A stretch of DNA of 25,966 nt. Source: a virus. Lineage: Duplodnaviria > Caudoviricetes. Positions 7,701 through 15,724 of the stretch are shown piece by piece. The stretch covers positions 1-25,966 of IMG/VR virus record IMGVR_UViG_3300034082_000535; one strand, given 5' to 3'. The notes under the pieces were generated by a model. The model did no database searches, was not told where the DNA came from, and worked only from the letters and a program-made list of their open reading frames with translations. Both the position numbers and the translations under genes were made by a program. How positions within the stretch are numbered: the stretch's first letter is position 1; the number at the start of each line of letters is the position of its first letter.

Positions 7701-10700
7701 TCACCAATATTAAGTTGTTGTGTATTTAAATAAGTTGTTGAACCAGAAACATTTAAGTTACCTGTAATGTCAACGTCACCAGTAATTGAACCACCAGCAG
7801 AAGCAAACTTAGTATTGGCGTGGTCGAAAGCTGCGTTAGCGTATACACCAGCACTTGTCGCATACTGTGTACCAGTATTTGCTTGTGAGTAAGCTGCATT
7901 AGCATAAGCACCAGAAGTTACTGCACGTTGACTTGCCGTGTTGGAATTTGTATATGCTGAGTTAGCATATGAACCAGCACTTGTTGCATATTGCGTACCA
8001 GTGTTAGCCTGTGTATAAGCTGAATTGGCATAGTCACCAGATGTAACTGCCTTTTGATCTGCGGTATTAGCTGCAACAAACGCAGCATTGGCGTGAGTGT
8101 ATCCGACATTAGCATAAACACCAGATGTAACTGCTCGTTGGTCGGCAGTATTAGCTGCATCGAAACCACTGTTAGCCTTGATGTATGCAGAGTTAGCATA
8201 TGAGCCAGAAGTTACTGACTGTTCATTTATTGTGTTGGTTGCAACAAAAGAAGCATTAGCATGTAAGTATGCTGAGTTAGCATATGAGCCAGAGCTTACT
8301 GCTTTTTGGTCTGCCGTATTAGCTGCAACAAATGCGGAATTAGCATAGTCACCTGAGGTTACTGCTCGTTGGTCGGCAGTATTGGCCAATGCATAAGCAG
8401 AGTTGGCATATGAACCACTCGTAACTGCTCTTTGATCTGCGGTAGCTGCATTTGTGTTTGCAGTATTCGCTTGTGTATATGCTGAGTTTGCGTATTCACC
8501 AGATGTTACTGCTCTCTGATCAGCTATTGCAGTATTAGTGTTTGCTGTATTGGCTTGAGCAAAAGCACCATTTGCATAAGACTCTGCCGCATCACTTGCA
8601 ATGTTTAAATAGTTTGAACCATTATTTGTAAATGTCCACTTGTCATTTACTTCACTCCACAACAAAGCAACGTTTGCGGAAGCACCACGTTCAACGGAAA
8701 TACCAGCACTTTGTGATGGTAAACTAAATTGATCCAAATCAGAATTTAAGTTAATAATATTATCAGCAATATTAACTTGTTCTGTGTTTATATAACTTGT
8801 TGTACCTGAAACAGTGAAATTACCAGTAATAGATACGTCACCAGAAATTGTACCACCAGCAGAAGCAAACTTGGTATTTGCATGATCGTAAGCTGCGTTA
8901 GCGTGATTAAACGCAGCAGTTGCCGAACCAGATGCAATAACGTTAGCAAAAGCATAAGCTGAGTTGGCATATGAACCAGCACTTACACCTTTTTGATCTG
9001 CTGTGTTAGCAGCTTCAAAGGCTGCATTGGCATAAACACCAGCTGATTGTGCATATTGTGTGCCAGTATTTGCCTGTATATAACTAGCATTAGCATGTAA
9101 AGTTGTTACATTTGCTTGATTGTATGCTGCATTGGCATAAACAGAAGCAGAGTTGGCAGTATGACTAGGAGTGTTAGCTTGAATGAAAGCCGCATTAGCA
9201 TGTAAATATGCAACGTTAGCGTATGACTCTGCGGCTGAAGATGAAATGTTGGAGTATAAAACACCATCATTAGTATATTGCCAAGATTTTACCAGTTCAT
9301 TCCAACGAAGCAATACTGGATTTTCATCACCACGAATGACACGAATACCGGAGTTTTGCGTTGGTGTTCCAATCGTTTCGGCACTAATATCAATAATCGA
9401 ATCTTCAACAGTCAATGTTGGTACACTCAATCTTGCAGATGTGCCAGAAACTACCAAATTACCAGAAACTGTCAAGTCACCAGAAACTGTACCACCAGCT
9501 GCGGAAAGTTTTGTGTTGGCAGTTATGAAAGCTGTGTTAGCATAGTCACCAGATGTAACAGCTCGTTGGTCGGCCTGTGCAGCTGCAGTTGTTGCAGTAT
9601 TTGCTTGCACATAAGCAGCATTGGCATATCGACCAACAGTATTTGCATTTTCAAAAGCTGAGTTTGTATGTGTTCTGGCAAAATTATCAACAGCAGTAAC
9701 AGATAAACTATTAGCGTATGCAAAAGCACTTGTTGCAATCGTAAATGAAAGATTGGCTCCATCAAAAGCAGCATTGGCATGGTTTAACGCTTGAATACCT
9801 GTTGCTAAATCAATAACTGAGTTTGCTTTTGCATATGCAGCCAAACCAATTAATGTTGCGGTATTGGCTTGATTAAATGCACCATTTGCATATACCGAAG
9901 CATTGCCTCCAGTATTGGCTTGATTGAAAGCCGCATTTGCGTGAATATATGCAGATGTTACTTGAGTATTTGTTGTATTGGCTTGATTGAAAGCTGCATT
10001 TGCATATGAACCTGAAGTTACTGCTCTTTGGTCTGCCGTAGCTGCATTAGTGTTGGCAGTATTTGCTTGATTAAAAGCAGCTTGTGCAAATGTTGGATTT
10101 AATGTGTTTGCAGCTTCAAAAGCTGCATTTGCATGTGACCAAGCTGAGTTGGCAACAAAACTCGGAGTATTTGCCTGAGTATATGCAGCGTTAGCATAGT
10201 TACCAGAAACAACTGCTCTATTGTTAGCAAGATTAGCTCTGGCGAAAGCCGCTTCTGCAGAAATTGTTACAACAGAACCAACAGCAAATGCCGCATTAGC
10301 TTGTAAGTATGCTGAGTTAGCATAGTCACCATCACTTGCGGCACCAATTTGAATAGAGTTATTACCATCACTGTATAACCATCTATTACCAGTTTCATCC
10401 CAAGTGATAGCTGCATTTGGTTCGATACCACGTTCAATCTCAATACCTGCATTCTGTGTTGGTGTCGCAGATTGTCCTAAGTCAGCATTCAATGTGATGA
10501 TGTTATCACCAATGTTTAACTGAGTGGAATCAATATAAGTTAAGTTGCCAGATACAGTTAGATTACCAGTGACAACTAAACTGCCAGCAATTGTACCACC
10601 AGATGCTGAAAGTTTTGTATTCGAATTTGTGAATGCAGCGTTAGCTTGTATGTAAGCTGAGTTTGCATAAGAACTAGCAATAACAACGTCAGTTGCTGTG

Positions 10701-11653
10701 TTCTGTGCAGTGTTGTATGCTAATATTGCCGAATTTGAAACAATCGATATCGTATTGGATAACGATACTACTAAATTTGAAGTTGCTTGTGCGGTATTAA
10801 AAGCAAGATTTGCTTGCGTGTTGGCAGTTGACGCAGTGTTGGCAACAGTATTAGCCGCAAGAAAAGCTGCATTAGCATATGAACTTGCAGAGTTTGCGGC
10901 ATCTCTAACCCAAGGATCAACTGCATTATTTGCAGCCAAGAAAGCTGCATTAGCATATACACCTGCAGATAATGCGTTGGTGTTAATTGTATTTGCTAAA
11001 TCATATACACTGTTGACATGTATATAAGAAGAATTTGCCAAAGCCAATGCAGCATTAGCTGTATTGGATATTGTTTGTATGCTGGTTGGATTTAAAACAT
11101 TAGCAGCTGCAAAGGCTGCGTTGGCCGTGTTAGCCGCAGAATTTGCTTTGTCAAAACTATCTAGTGTGACAATTTGAACATTTGCAACATTAATAATTCT
11201 ACCAGTGGAATCAACCGAGATAACTGGAATGTGTGTAGAATTACCAAAAACTCCACCAGTAATAATATCATTTAAATATATGTCGGTCGCAGGATTAGAT
11301 TCACCATCACCAACAATCACATTACCATATACATGACCAGAAAAGTTTAAATTTACTGGAGTAGTAAATGCGTTTGCAGTGTTTGCAATACCTCGCAAAT
11401 TACCAATAAACGTATTGCTACTGATGTTTGCATTTCCATCACGACTAACTATAGTATTTGCTGTTGACGCACTTGTTCGTGCTTCAATTAAGTCTGCATA
11501 ATATTTACCACCAATAACATCAAAAGAACCATTTGCATTACCAATAAACATCTTATTGGAAACAAACGAATATGCAAATTCACCAGTATCTAACAGTCCT
11601 GGAGTTGGTGCGGTATTAGATACCGAATATTTGGTTATGATTATGGTTGACAC
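4733..11653 (-). CDS. 2306-aa giant heptad-repeat tail fibre protein
   Basis: GTG start abuts the upstream stop. N-terminus has an Mtd-N/hyaluronidase-N-like motif (APTPGLLDTGEFAYSFVSNKMFIG) and a fibre motif (GVFGNSTHIPVISVDSTGRI). Long ANxA(Y/F)xx heptad tracts, five beta modules, and C-terminal AFSIALG. Confidence 0.92.
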   Translation of the reverse strand: MSTIIITKYSVSNTAPTPGLLDTGEFAYSFVSNKMFIGNANGSFDVIGGKYYADLIEARTSASTANTIVSRDGNANISSNTFIGNLRGIANTANAFTTPVNLNFSGHVYGNVIVGDGESNPATDIYLNDIITGGVFGNSTHIPVISVDSTGRIINVANVQIVTLDSFDKANSAANTANAAFAAANVLNPTSIQTISNTANAALALANSSYIHVNSVYDLANTINTNALSAGVYANAAFLAANNAVDPWVRDAANSASSYANAAFLAANTVANTASTANTQANLAFNTAQATSNLVVSLSNTISIVSNSAILAYNTAQNTATDVVIASSYANSAYIQANAAFTNSNTKLSASGGTIAGSLVVTGNLTVSGNLTYIDSTQLNIGDNIITLNADLGQSATPTQNAGIEIERGIEPNAAITWDETGNRWLYSDGNNSIQIGAASDGDYANSAYLQANAAFAVGSVVTISAEAAFARANLANNRAVVSGNYANAAYTQANTPSFVANSAWSHANAAFEAANTLNPTFAQAAFNQANTANTNAATADQRAVTSGSYANAAFNQANTTNTQVTSAYIHANAAFNQANTGGNASVYANGAFNQANTATLIGLAAYAKANSVIDLATGIQALNHANAAFDGANLSFTIATSAFAYANSLSVTAVDNFARTHTNSAFENANTVGRYANAAYVQANTATTAAAQADQRAVTSGDYANTAFITANTKLSAAGGTVSGDLTVSGNLVVSGTSARLSVPTLTVEDSIIDISAETIGTPTQNSGIRVIRGDENPVLLRWNELVKSWQYTNDGVLYSNISSSAAESYANVAYLHANAAFIQANTPSHTANSASVYANAAYNQANVTTLHANASYIQANTGTQYAQSAGVYANAAFEAANTADQKGVSAGSYANSAYAFANVIASGSATAAFNHANAAYDHANTKFASAGGTISGDVSITGNFTVSGTTSYINTEQVNIADNIINLNSDLDQFSLPSQSAGISVERGASANVALLWSEVNDKWTFTNNGSNYLNIASDAAESYANGAFAQANTANTNTAIADQRAVTSGEYANSAYTQANTANTNAATADQRAVTSGSYANSAYALANTADQRAVTSGDYANSAFVAANTADQKAVSSGSYANSAYLHANASFVATNTINEQSVTSGSYANSAYIKANSGFDAANTADQRAVTSGVYANVGYTHANAAFVAANTADQKAVTSGDYANSAYTQANTGTQYATSAGSYANSAYTNSNTASQRAVTSGAYANAAYSQANTGTQYATSAGVYANAAFDHANTKFASAGGSITGDVDITGNLNVSGSTTYLNTQQLNIGDNIINLNADLPQLSLPSESAGISVERGVSANVLILWNETADRWTFTNDGTNFRNIGSDSGETYANAAFLQANTGTEIALTAGDYANSAFLAANVADQKAVSAGSYANSAYTNSNIASQRAVTSGSYANSAYLHANAAYIQANTPSHVANSASSYANGAFDAANTADQKAVSAGVYANASYLHVNSAFTLSNTANQTATAASSYANSAYNLANTIASGSAAGAYLHANAAYVQANTAYADATAAGSYANSAYTLSNTANQRALTAGSYANSAYTQANTGTQYAQAAGDYANSAYLHANGSFIAANTADQKAVSAGSYANSAYTLSNTANQTSISGSSYANSAFVAANTADQKAVSAGLYANSAYALANTLVSGSVDAYARPHSNAAFDSANTADQRAVTSGSYANSAYALANTKYSASGGTISGDVTVTGNLTVSGNVVTINATNLSIQDNMIYLNANSNVSNPDLGFAGNYNDGVYHHTGVFRDATDGTWKFYYNYDPEPDASPYIDTTHASFRIANLTANLITDVAFIRGYDPISHANIAYNVANAASSYANSGFVKANTADQRAVTSGDYANSAYVQANTGTQYATSAGSYANTAYLHANAAYVATNTATQFSQSSGEFANAAYAAANTADQKAVSAGVYANASFSKANTGVTNAATADQKAVSAGEYANASYIQANTATTNAAQADQRAVTSGVYANASYIIANTANQRAVTSGLYANAAYTTANTGVTNAAQADQRAVTSGDYANAAYTQANTATTDAATADGKALTAGFFANAAFGRANTANTNAATADQKAVISGLFANGAYGAANTAYVHANSAYNLANTLISTSVDSYARPHVNAAFTAANTADQKAVSAGVYANAAYVQANTGTQYATSAGSYANSAYTQANTATSNAGAAQSDATLAGILAAASYNQANTLTGFVASASSYANGAFAAANTADAKSVISGGYANSAYSQANTGTILAQAAYNSANTIIADSLAFSIALG
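6100..10620 (-). repeat. Five dispersed beta modules (~90-120 aa) in the 2306-aa fibre
   Basis: Copies at about 10340-10620, 9240-9515, 8595-8875, 7535-7813 and 6100-6470. Each begins TK(L/F/Y)xxxGG(T/S)(I/V)xG...GN(L/F)xVSG and has Dx-I-I-x-L. Four end G-I-x-(V/I)-x-RG...W-x-E...W. Confidence 0.88.
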
Positions 11654-11854
11654 TTAGAACGTACCGCCTCTAACTGTGGGTACATCCTTGACAACATATT
11701 TTCCTGATCCAGCTTCATATGTTAACACTTGCCCATCCAATGCGCCTTGGGTCTCAACATTGTTTAATTGCGACAAATTCAGATTTGCTGTTCGTGCAAC
11801 TGTTACAGATGAAATGGTTGTTTTTTGTGGTTTTACTTGTACTTGTATTGCCAT
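11654..11854 (-). CDS. 66-aa small tail-fibre-associated protein
   Basis: Packed tightly between its neighbours. Contains the fibre motif LSQLNNV...DGQVLTYEAGSGKY (L-x2-L-x-DV...DGQVL-x-Y...GKW type) and ends GGTF. Confidence 0.75.
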   Translation of the reverse strand: MAIQVQVKPQKTTISSVTVARTANLNLSQLNNVETQGALDGQVLTYEAGSGKYVVKDVPTVRGGTF

Positions 11855-11856
11855 TT

Positions 11857-12189
11857 TTATCTCGTTACGTTAGGTAGAACGGTTATGATACCTTCAAAAA
11901 TTCTGGTGACTTCACCAGAATTGTTATCAATTTCTACATCATAAACATATCTACCAGGCGTAAGATTGGCAGTGTTGGCTGCAGTCATGGCCATGGTGAT
12001 TTCACCAATATTTGGTGTTGAAACCGTTACATTAAATGAACTTTTTGAAGAGGAATAATATGATTTCCTCATTTGTGACCGAGCAACATAACCAACAAGG
12101 TTTTGACCTACGCCGGTACCGTCATTTACAGTAATGACAGTATTAAATGTTGCACCTTGATCTATGGTTAGTTCTACAAATTCAGCCAC
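11857..12189 (-). CDS. 110-aa Ig-like virion protein (BppU N-terminal/collar-like), putative fibre anchor
   Basis: GTG start with AAGGAG Shine-Dalgarno (12196-12201). Motifs LTIDQGATF, NLVGY-x-A-x-SQMRKSY, GRYVYDVEI and TRIFEGIITVLPNVTR match a family common in T4-like aquatic phage tail regions. Confidence 0.85.
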   Translation of the reverse strand: MAEFVELTIDQGATFNTVITVNDGTGVGQNLVGYVARSQMRKSYYSSSKSSFNVTVSTPNIGEITMAMTAANTANLTPGRYVYDVEIDNNSGEVTRIFEGIITVLPNVTR

Positions 12190-12210
12190 AAGAAACTCCT
12201 TACTTTTACT

Positions 12211-12218
12211 TATTTATA
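12211..12218 (-). promoter_or_regulatory. T4 late promoter, consensus TATAAATA
   Basis: Perfect TATAAATA on the minus strand in the 12190-12240 intergenic gap, followed by AAGGAG and the GTG start. Confidence 0.88.
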
Positions 12219-12240
12219 ATGAATCGGGGTACAATAAGTT

Positions 12241-15200
12241 TTATTTGTTAAGTTGTTTCTTGATTTCCTCTAATTTATCATCCAACTCTTTGATAGCTTC
12301 AAAAACTAGACCCATCATTTGGCCATAAGCAACACCTTTAATTCCACCATGTTCTTCAACAGCTTCAGGTAAAACTGCTTCAACATCTTGCGCTATCAAA
12401 CCAGTATGTCTCTTTGTTTTATCATCAAGGTCATTTCTGGTATATGTGTAACCAGTTAGTTGTCTAACTTTTGCAAGAGCATCACTAATCTTTTCAAGGT
12501 TATCTTTAAGTTTTCTATCAGAGAAAGCAGTAACATTACCACCAGCAGTAATAGTGCCAGAAACATTAAAATTTCCAGTGTATGAACCACTCATACTTAA
12601 TGTGCCAGTAGAAGTAATTGTACCACCAGTTAAACCATTTCCTGATCCAACCTGTGTGACACCAGAACTTGTAACATAACCTCTAGTAGTTACATAACTT
12701 TCTGTTGCAAATCCAGCTCCGTTAGTTAACTGGTTGGTGTTAGTAGGAATAGTTGGTTTATCAGTTATTTTACTATACGCTAAACTGGCAATAAAACCAG
12801 GATTAGAATAACTCTGAGTTGTAGTAACACCATTAGGAACAGAGTCAGCGCTAGTTGCTACTGTTGCTCTTCCATTAATATCCATTGTATATGAACCAGA
12901 CATTCTAGCCTGTGGCACAGTTCCTGATGTTAAATTACTGGCACTCAACGTTGTCAAATCAACATTGATTGCTACCCAAGAGAATCCTGATCCAGTGTAT
13001 TGCAAATATCGATTGGCTTGAGTTGGTGCTTCGATGAATGATGTTATGTCTGCCTGTGTTTGAAAAGGTATTCTATTCGAGGAACCACCAGCAATATTAG
13101 TTGCTTTCGCAGCTAACAAACTTGCTGCATTAAAATCTGTAAAGTTACCAGCATTATCACTGTACTGCCATCTTGGAGGACTTACGTTTTCGTTCCATCT
13201 TATATATGCATCACTTGAAGTACCACGTTTAACTCTGACACCACCGTTTTGTGTTGGACCAGATGTATCAGACAATCCATTATTGACAACCACAAAGTTG
13301 CCATTTGCACGAATATCACCAGAAATGATAGCATTATAACTAAGCAATCGTTTTGCAGTAGATAATGTTACATCGCCATTAATTAACAAATCACTTGCTA
13401 TAGTTTGTGATGATGCAGATGTTTTCTGTACCGCACCAGTTGCAAGAGTGTTGGTCGTATTTGCTAAATCAAAAGCACCATTGGAATGTGGTCTTGCGTA
13501 AGTATCAATTGAACCAGCAGCAATTGTATTTGCTAATGCATATGCTGAGTTAGCATAAATTCCAGATGTAACGGCTTTTTGGTCAGCAACCGCAGCCTGT
13601 GCTACACCAGTATTTGCAGTTGAATATGCTGCATTTGCATGTCTGTAAGCGAACGTTGAAAATGTTAATGTTGTATTTGAAGAATCAAAAGCTCCATTAG
13701 CATGTAAATAAGCACCAGCAGCAGAACCGGATGCAATTGTATTTGCTAATGCGTAAGCTGCATTTGCATGTGACTGTGAAACGTTTGCACGTGTATAGGC
13801 ACCATTTGCAAAAATACCAACAGTATTTGTTGTGTCGATTAAGAATGTATTTGCGGTATTTGCGGCCAAGAATGCGGCATTTGCATAAACACCTGCGGAG
13901 TTTGCAGAAGTGTAACCAGAATTTGCATAAGAACTGGCAGAATTGGCAGTAGTGTAAGCTGAGTTGGCATAACCACCAGCAACAACTGCGGTATCATATG
14001 CAGCCTTAACAGCACTTGGTGTTGCAACGTTTGCTGTACTATTACTTGTTACTGTTGCATTTAAGAAGCTTGCATCCAAAATGCCATACAAACTTGAGTA
14101 TGTGTTACCTTTGGAAACTTTCCATTGGTCATCGGTTTCATCCCAGCGAATAAACGCATCCGTACCAACTACACGATTATTTCTTATAGATGCATCAGCA
14201 TTAGTTGGTGTATTTGCATTTAGTGTAAATTCACTAACTTCATATTCAACATTACCCAATGCGGTCCAAGTTCCTTCAACTGCAATGTTACCACGAATGT
14301 ATGTTGTTTGTAGAGTTGTTTTACCATCAACTGTTAATACTTCATCTTCTACTGTATTTGCGTATACACGAATTGAGCCACCAGTTTTTACACTCAAATT
14401 ATTCGATACATTAATCCATGCGGCATTTGCAGTGGAAACTTCAATGTTATTTGAAATTAATGTGTTGGCAGTAATCGTATTTGAAGACGACAAATATGTG
14501 ATTGAAGCATTTGTGACATTAGCATTACTCGATAACAATGTTTGTATTGTACCAGTATTAACTGTTGCAACGTTTGAAGTGAGTGTCACAACGTTACCAG
14601 TAATTGTAGTTCCAACTAATGCAGTCAATGTATTAATTGTGGCAACATTAGATGACAAGGTAATAACATTACCAGTAGTTATGATGCCGTTAGTAATTGT
14701 AGAATTTGTAGAAACAAGATTCTGAACAGTACCAGTATTAACTGTTGCAACATTTGATGTTAATGTAACCAAGTTCGCAGAAGTTCTTGCTACCAATACA
14801 GTAACATTACCATATGTTGTATCTAATGTGTTCGAATTAATATCATTGGAATTTAATAAATTGTTATCGATTGTACCAATGTTTGCATATGGCAAATAAT
14901 TCAATACACCAATTGTGGCCACAGCAGCTGTCAAGTTTGGAGTAAATACATCATCAGCATACACGTAAGTACTTAAGACACGATTAATAGTTGCCGTGCC
15001 TGTGTTGGCATAAATGACATTTGCTATACCAGTCATTCTCAACACACCAGCACTCGTAATATTTCGGGTAACTGACACGTTGCCGTTTGCAGTAATGTTC
15101 TGCACATATACATTGTTAACAACTTGAACATCCGCACCAACCAAGACGTTATTGGCTACATTTAATGCTGTTCCTGGACCTGTTACTCTGATTGTTCCGC

Positions 15201-15480
15201 CTGCGATTAAGTTGCCGGTTGCCGCACCAACAACACCCAAAAACATATTGTTGGCAAGAGTTAAGTTACTTTGAAATAGTACATTATTTGCCACCGAAAG
15301 TGGAGTACCCGATGCCGTAATGGAAATATTTGCTGTATTAGAAATCAGTAATTGACCTTGGTCTTTGTTATATGTGTTAAACCCCAAATCATTCAAATCT
15401 GTTGCTGATTTGTTGGTCTGAATTCTCCACTGGTCAATGGTATCGCTTCTGGCAATCGTTGGTATAGTAGTCGTTGGCAT
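12241..15480 (-). CDS. 1079-aa tail fibre with C-terminal intramolecular chaperone (peptidase S74)
   Basis: N-terminal anchor motif SDTIDQWRIQTN; Thr/Asn/Val beta-repeat region; ANxAY heptads; two diverged beta modules; C-terminal FSDRKLKDNL...GLIAQDVEAVLPEAV...VAYGQMMGLVFEAIKEL plus a coiled coil. AAAGG Shine-Dalgarno upstream. Confidence 0.9.
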   Translation of the reverse strand: MPTTTIPTIARSDTIDQWRIQTNKSATDLNDLGFNTYNKDQGQLLISNTANISITASGTPLSVANNVLFQSNLTLANNMFLGVVGAATGNLIAGGTIRVTGPGTALNVANNVLVGADVQVVNNVYVQNITANGNVSVTRNITSAGVLRMTGIANVIYANTGTATINRVLSTYVYADDVFTPNLTAAVATIGVLNYLPYANIGTIDNNLLNSNDINSNTLDTTYGNVTVLVARTSANLVTLTSNVATVNTGTVQNLVSTNSTITNGIITTGNVITLSSNVATINTLTALVGTTITGNVVTLTSNVATVNTGTIQTLLSSNANVTNASITYLSSSNTITANTLISNNIEVSTANAAWINVSNNLSVKTGGSIRVYANTVEDEVLTVDGKTTLQTTYIRGNIAVEGTWTALGNVEYEVSEFTLNANTPTNADASIRNNRVVGTDAFIRWDETDDQWKVSKGNTYSSLYGILDASFLNATVTSNSTANVATPSAVKAAYDTAVVAGGYANSAYTTANSASSYANSGYTSANSAGVYANAAFLAANTANTFLIDTTNTVGIFANGAYTRANVSQSHANAAYALANTIASGSAAGAYLHANGAFDSSNTTLTFSTFAYRHANAAYSTANTGVAQAAVADQKAVTSGIYANSAYALANTIAAGSIDTYARPHSNGAFDLANTTNTLATGAVQKTSASSQTIASDLLINGDVTLSTAKRLLSYNAIISGDIRANGNFVVVNNGLSDTSGPTQNGGVRVKRGTSSDAYIRWNENVSPPRWQYSDNAGNFTDFNAASLLAAKATNIAGGSSNRIPFQTQADITSFIEAPTQANRYLQYTGSGFSWVAINVDLTTLSASNLTSGTVPQARMSGSYTMDINGRATVATSADSVPNGVTTTQSYSNPGFIASLAYSKITDKPTIPTNTNQLTNGAGFATESYVTTRGYVTSSGVTQVGSGNGLTGGTITSTGTLSMSGSYTGNFNVSGTITAGGNVTAFSDRKLKDNLEKISDALAKVRQLTGYTYTRNDLDDKTKRHTGLIAQDVEAVLPEAVEEHGGIKGVAYGQMMGLVFEAIKELDDKLEEIKKQLNK
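12244..12522 (-). other. Peptidase S74 autocleaving chaperone domain
   Basis: S-D-x-x-L-K motif with Ser at 12520-12522 and Lys at 12505-12507, the Ser/Lys dyad of endosialidase-type intramolecular chaperones; G-L-I-A-Q-D-V motif follows. Confidence 0.9.
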
Positions 15481-15489
15481 CGTTAACCT

Positions 15490-15720
15490 TTAACTCTTTT
15501 TTTCTAGTAATGTTTTTAACAAGTTTTTAATTTCACTAAGGTCATCATTCATCGAAGATACTTGTTCTTTTAATGTATTTATTTCTTCATTTTTAGACAA
15601 TAAATTTTGTCTTATTTTCTTCCTAGCTTCATTTTCTAAGATAGCACTTTTATTGGTATTAAGTAGAGCCTTGTTGCTCATATCCTTAACATAATTTGTT
15701 CCTTCAACTTTTACTTGCAT
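15490..15720 (-). CDS. 76-aa conserved small protein with a C-terminal coiled coil
   Basis: Start reassigned to the ATG at 15718-15720, just after the VrlC-like stops. MQVKVEGTNYVKDMSNKALLN...EEINTLKEQV...EIKNLLKTLL resembles the small gene that follows VrlC-like genes in T4-like cyanophages. Confidence 0.82.
   Translation of the reverse strand: MQVKVEGTNYVKDMSNKALLNTNKSAILENEARKKIRQNLLSKNEEINTLKEQVSSMNDDLSEIKNLLKTLLEKKS
15576..15583 (-). promoter_or_regulatory. Possible late promoter (AATAAATA) for the 1079-aa fibre gene
   Basis: NATAAATA inside the small ORF, about 95 nt upstream of the ATG at 15480. Could be chance in AT-rich DNA. Confidence 0.35.
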
Positions 15721-15724
15721 CTTA

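Noticed and set aside
1-11653. Diversity-generating retroelement suggested by the Mtd-N-like domain and repeat pairs
   Set aside because: No reverse transcriptase or non-coding template repeat is in the window. The mismatches I compared are mostly third-position changes, not adenine-specific.
4733-11653. Bacterial trimeric autotransporter adhesin, S-layer or ice-nucleation protein
   Set aside because: No signal peptide or C-terminal membrane anchor; the period is 7 rather than 8/16; and the gene sits among baseplate genes and T4-type late promoters.
4733-11653. Periodic His residues (YLHAN, FDHAN) as metal sites like the T4 gp37 HxH motifs
   Set aside because: They are single His residues at heptad position 7, interchangeable with Gln, Ala, Leu or Tyr, and do not form repeated HxH pairs.
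12190-12240. Rho-independent terminator in the largest intergenic gap
   Set aside because: No convincing stem-loop with a U tract on the minus strand; the promoter and Shine-Dalgarno account for much of the gap.
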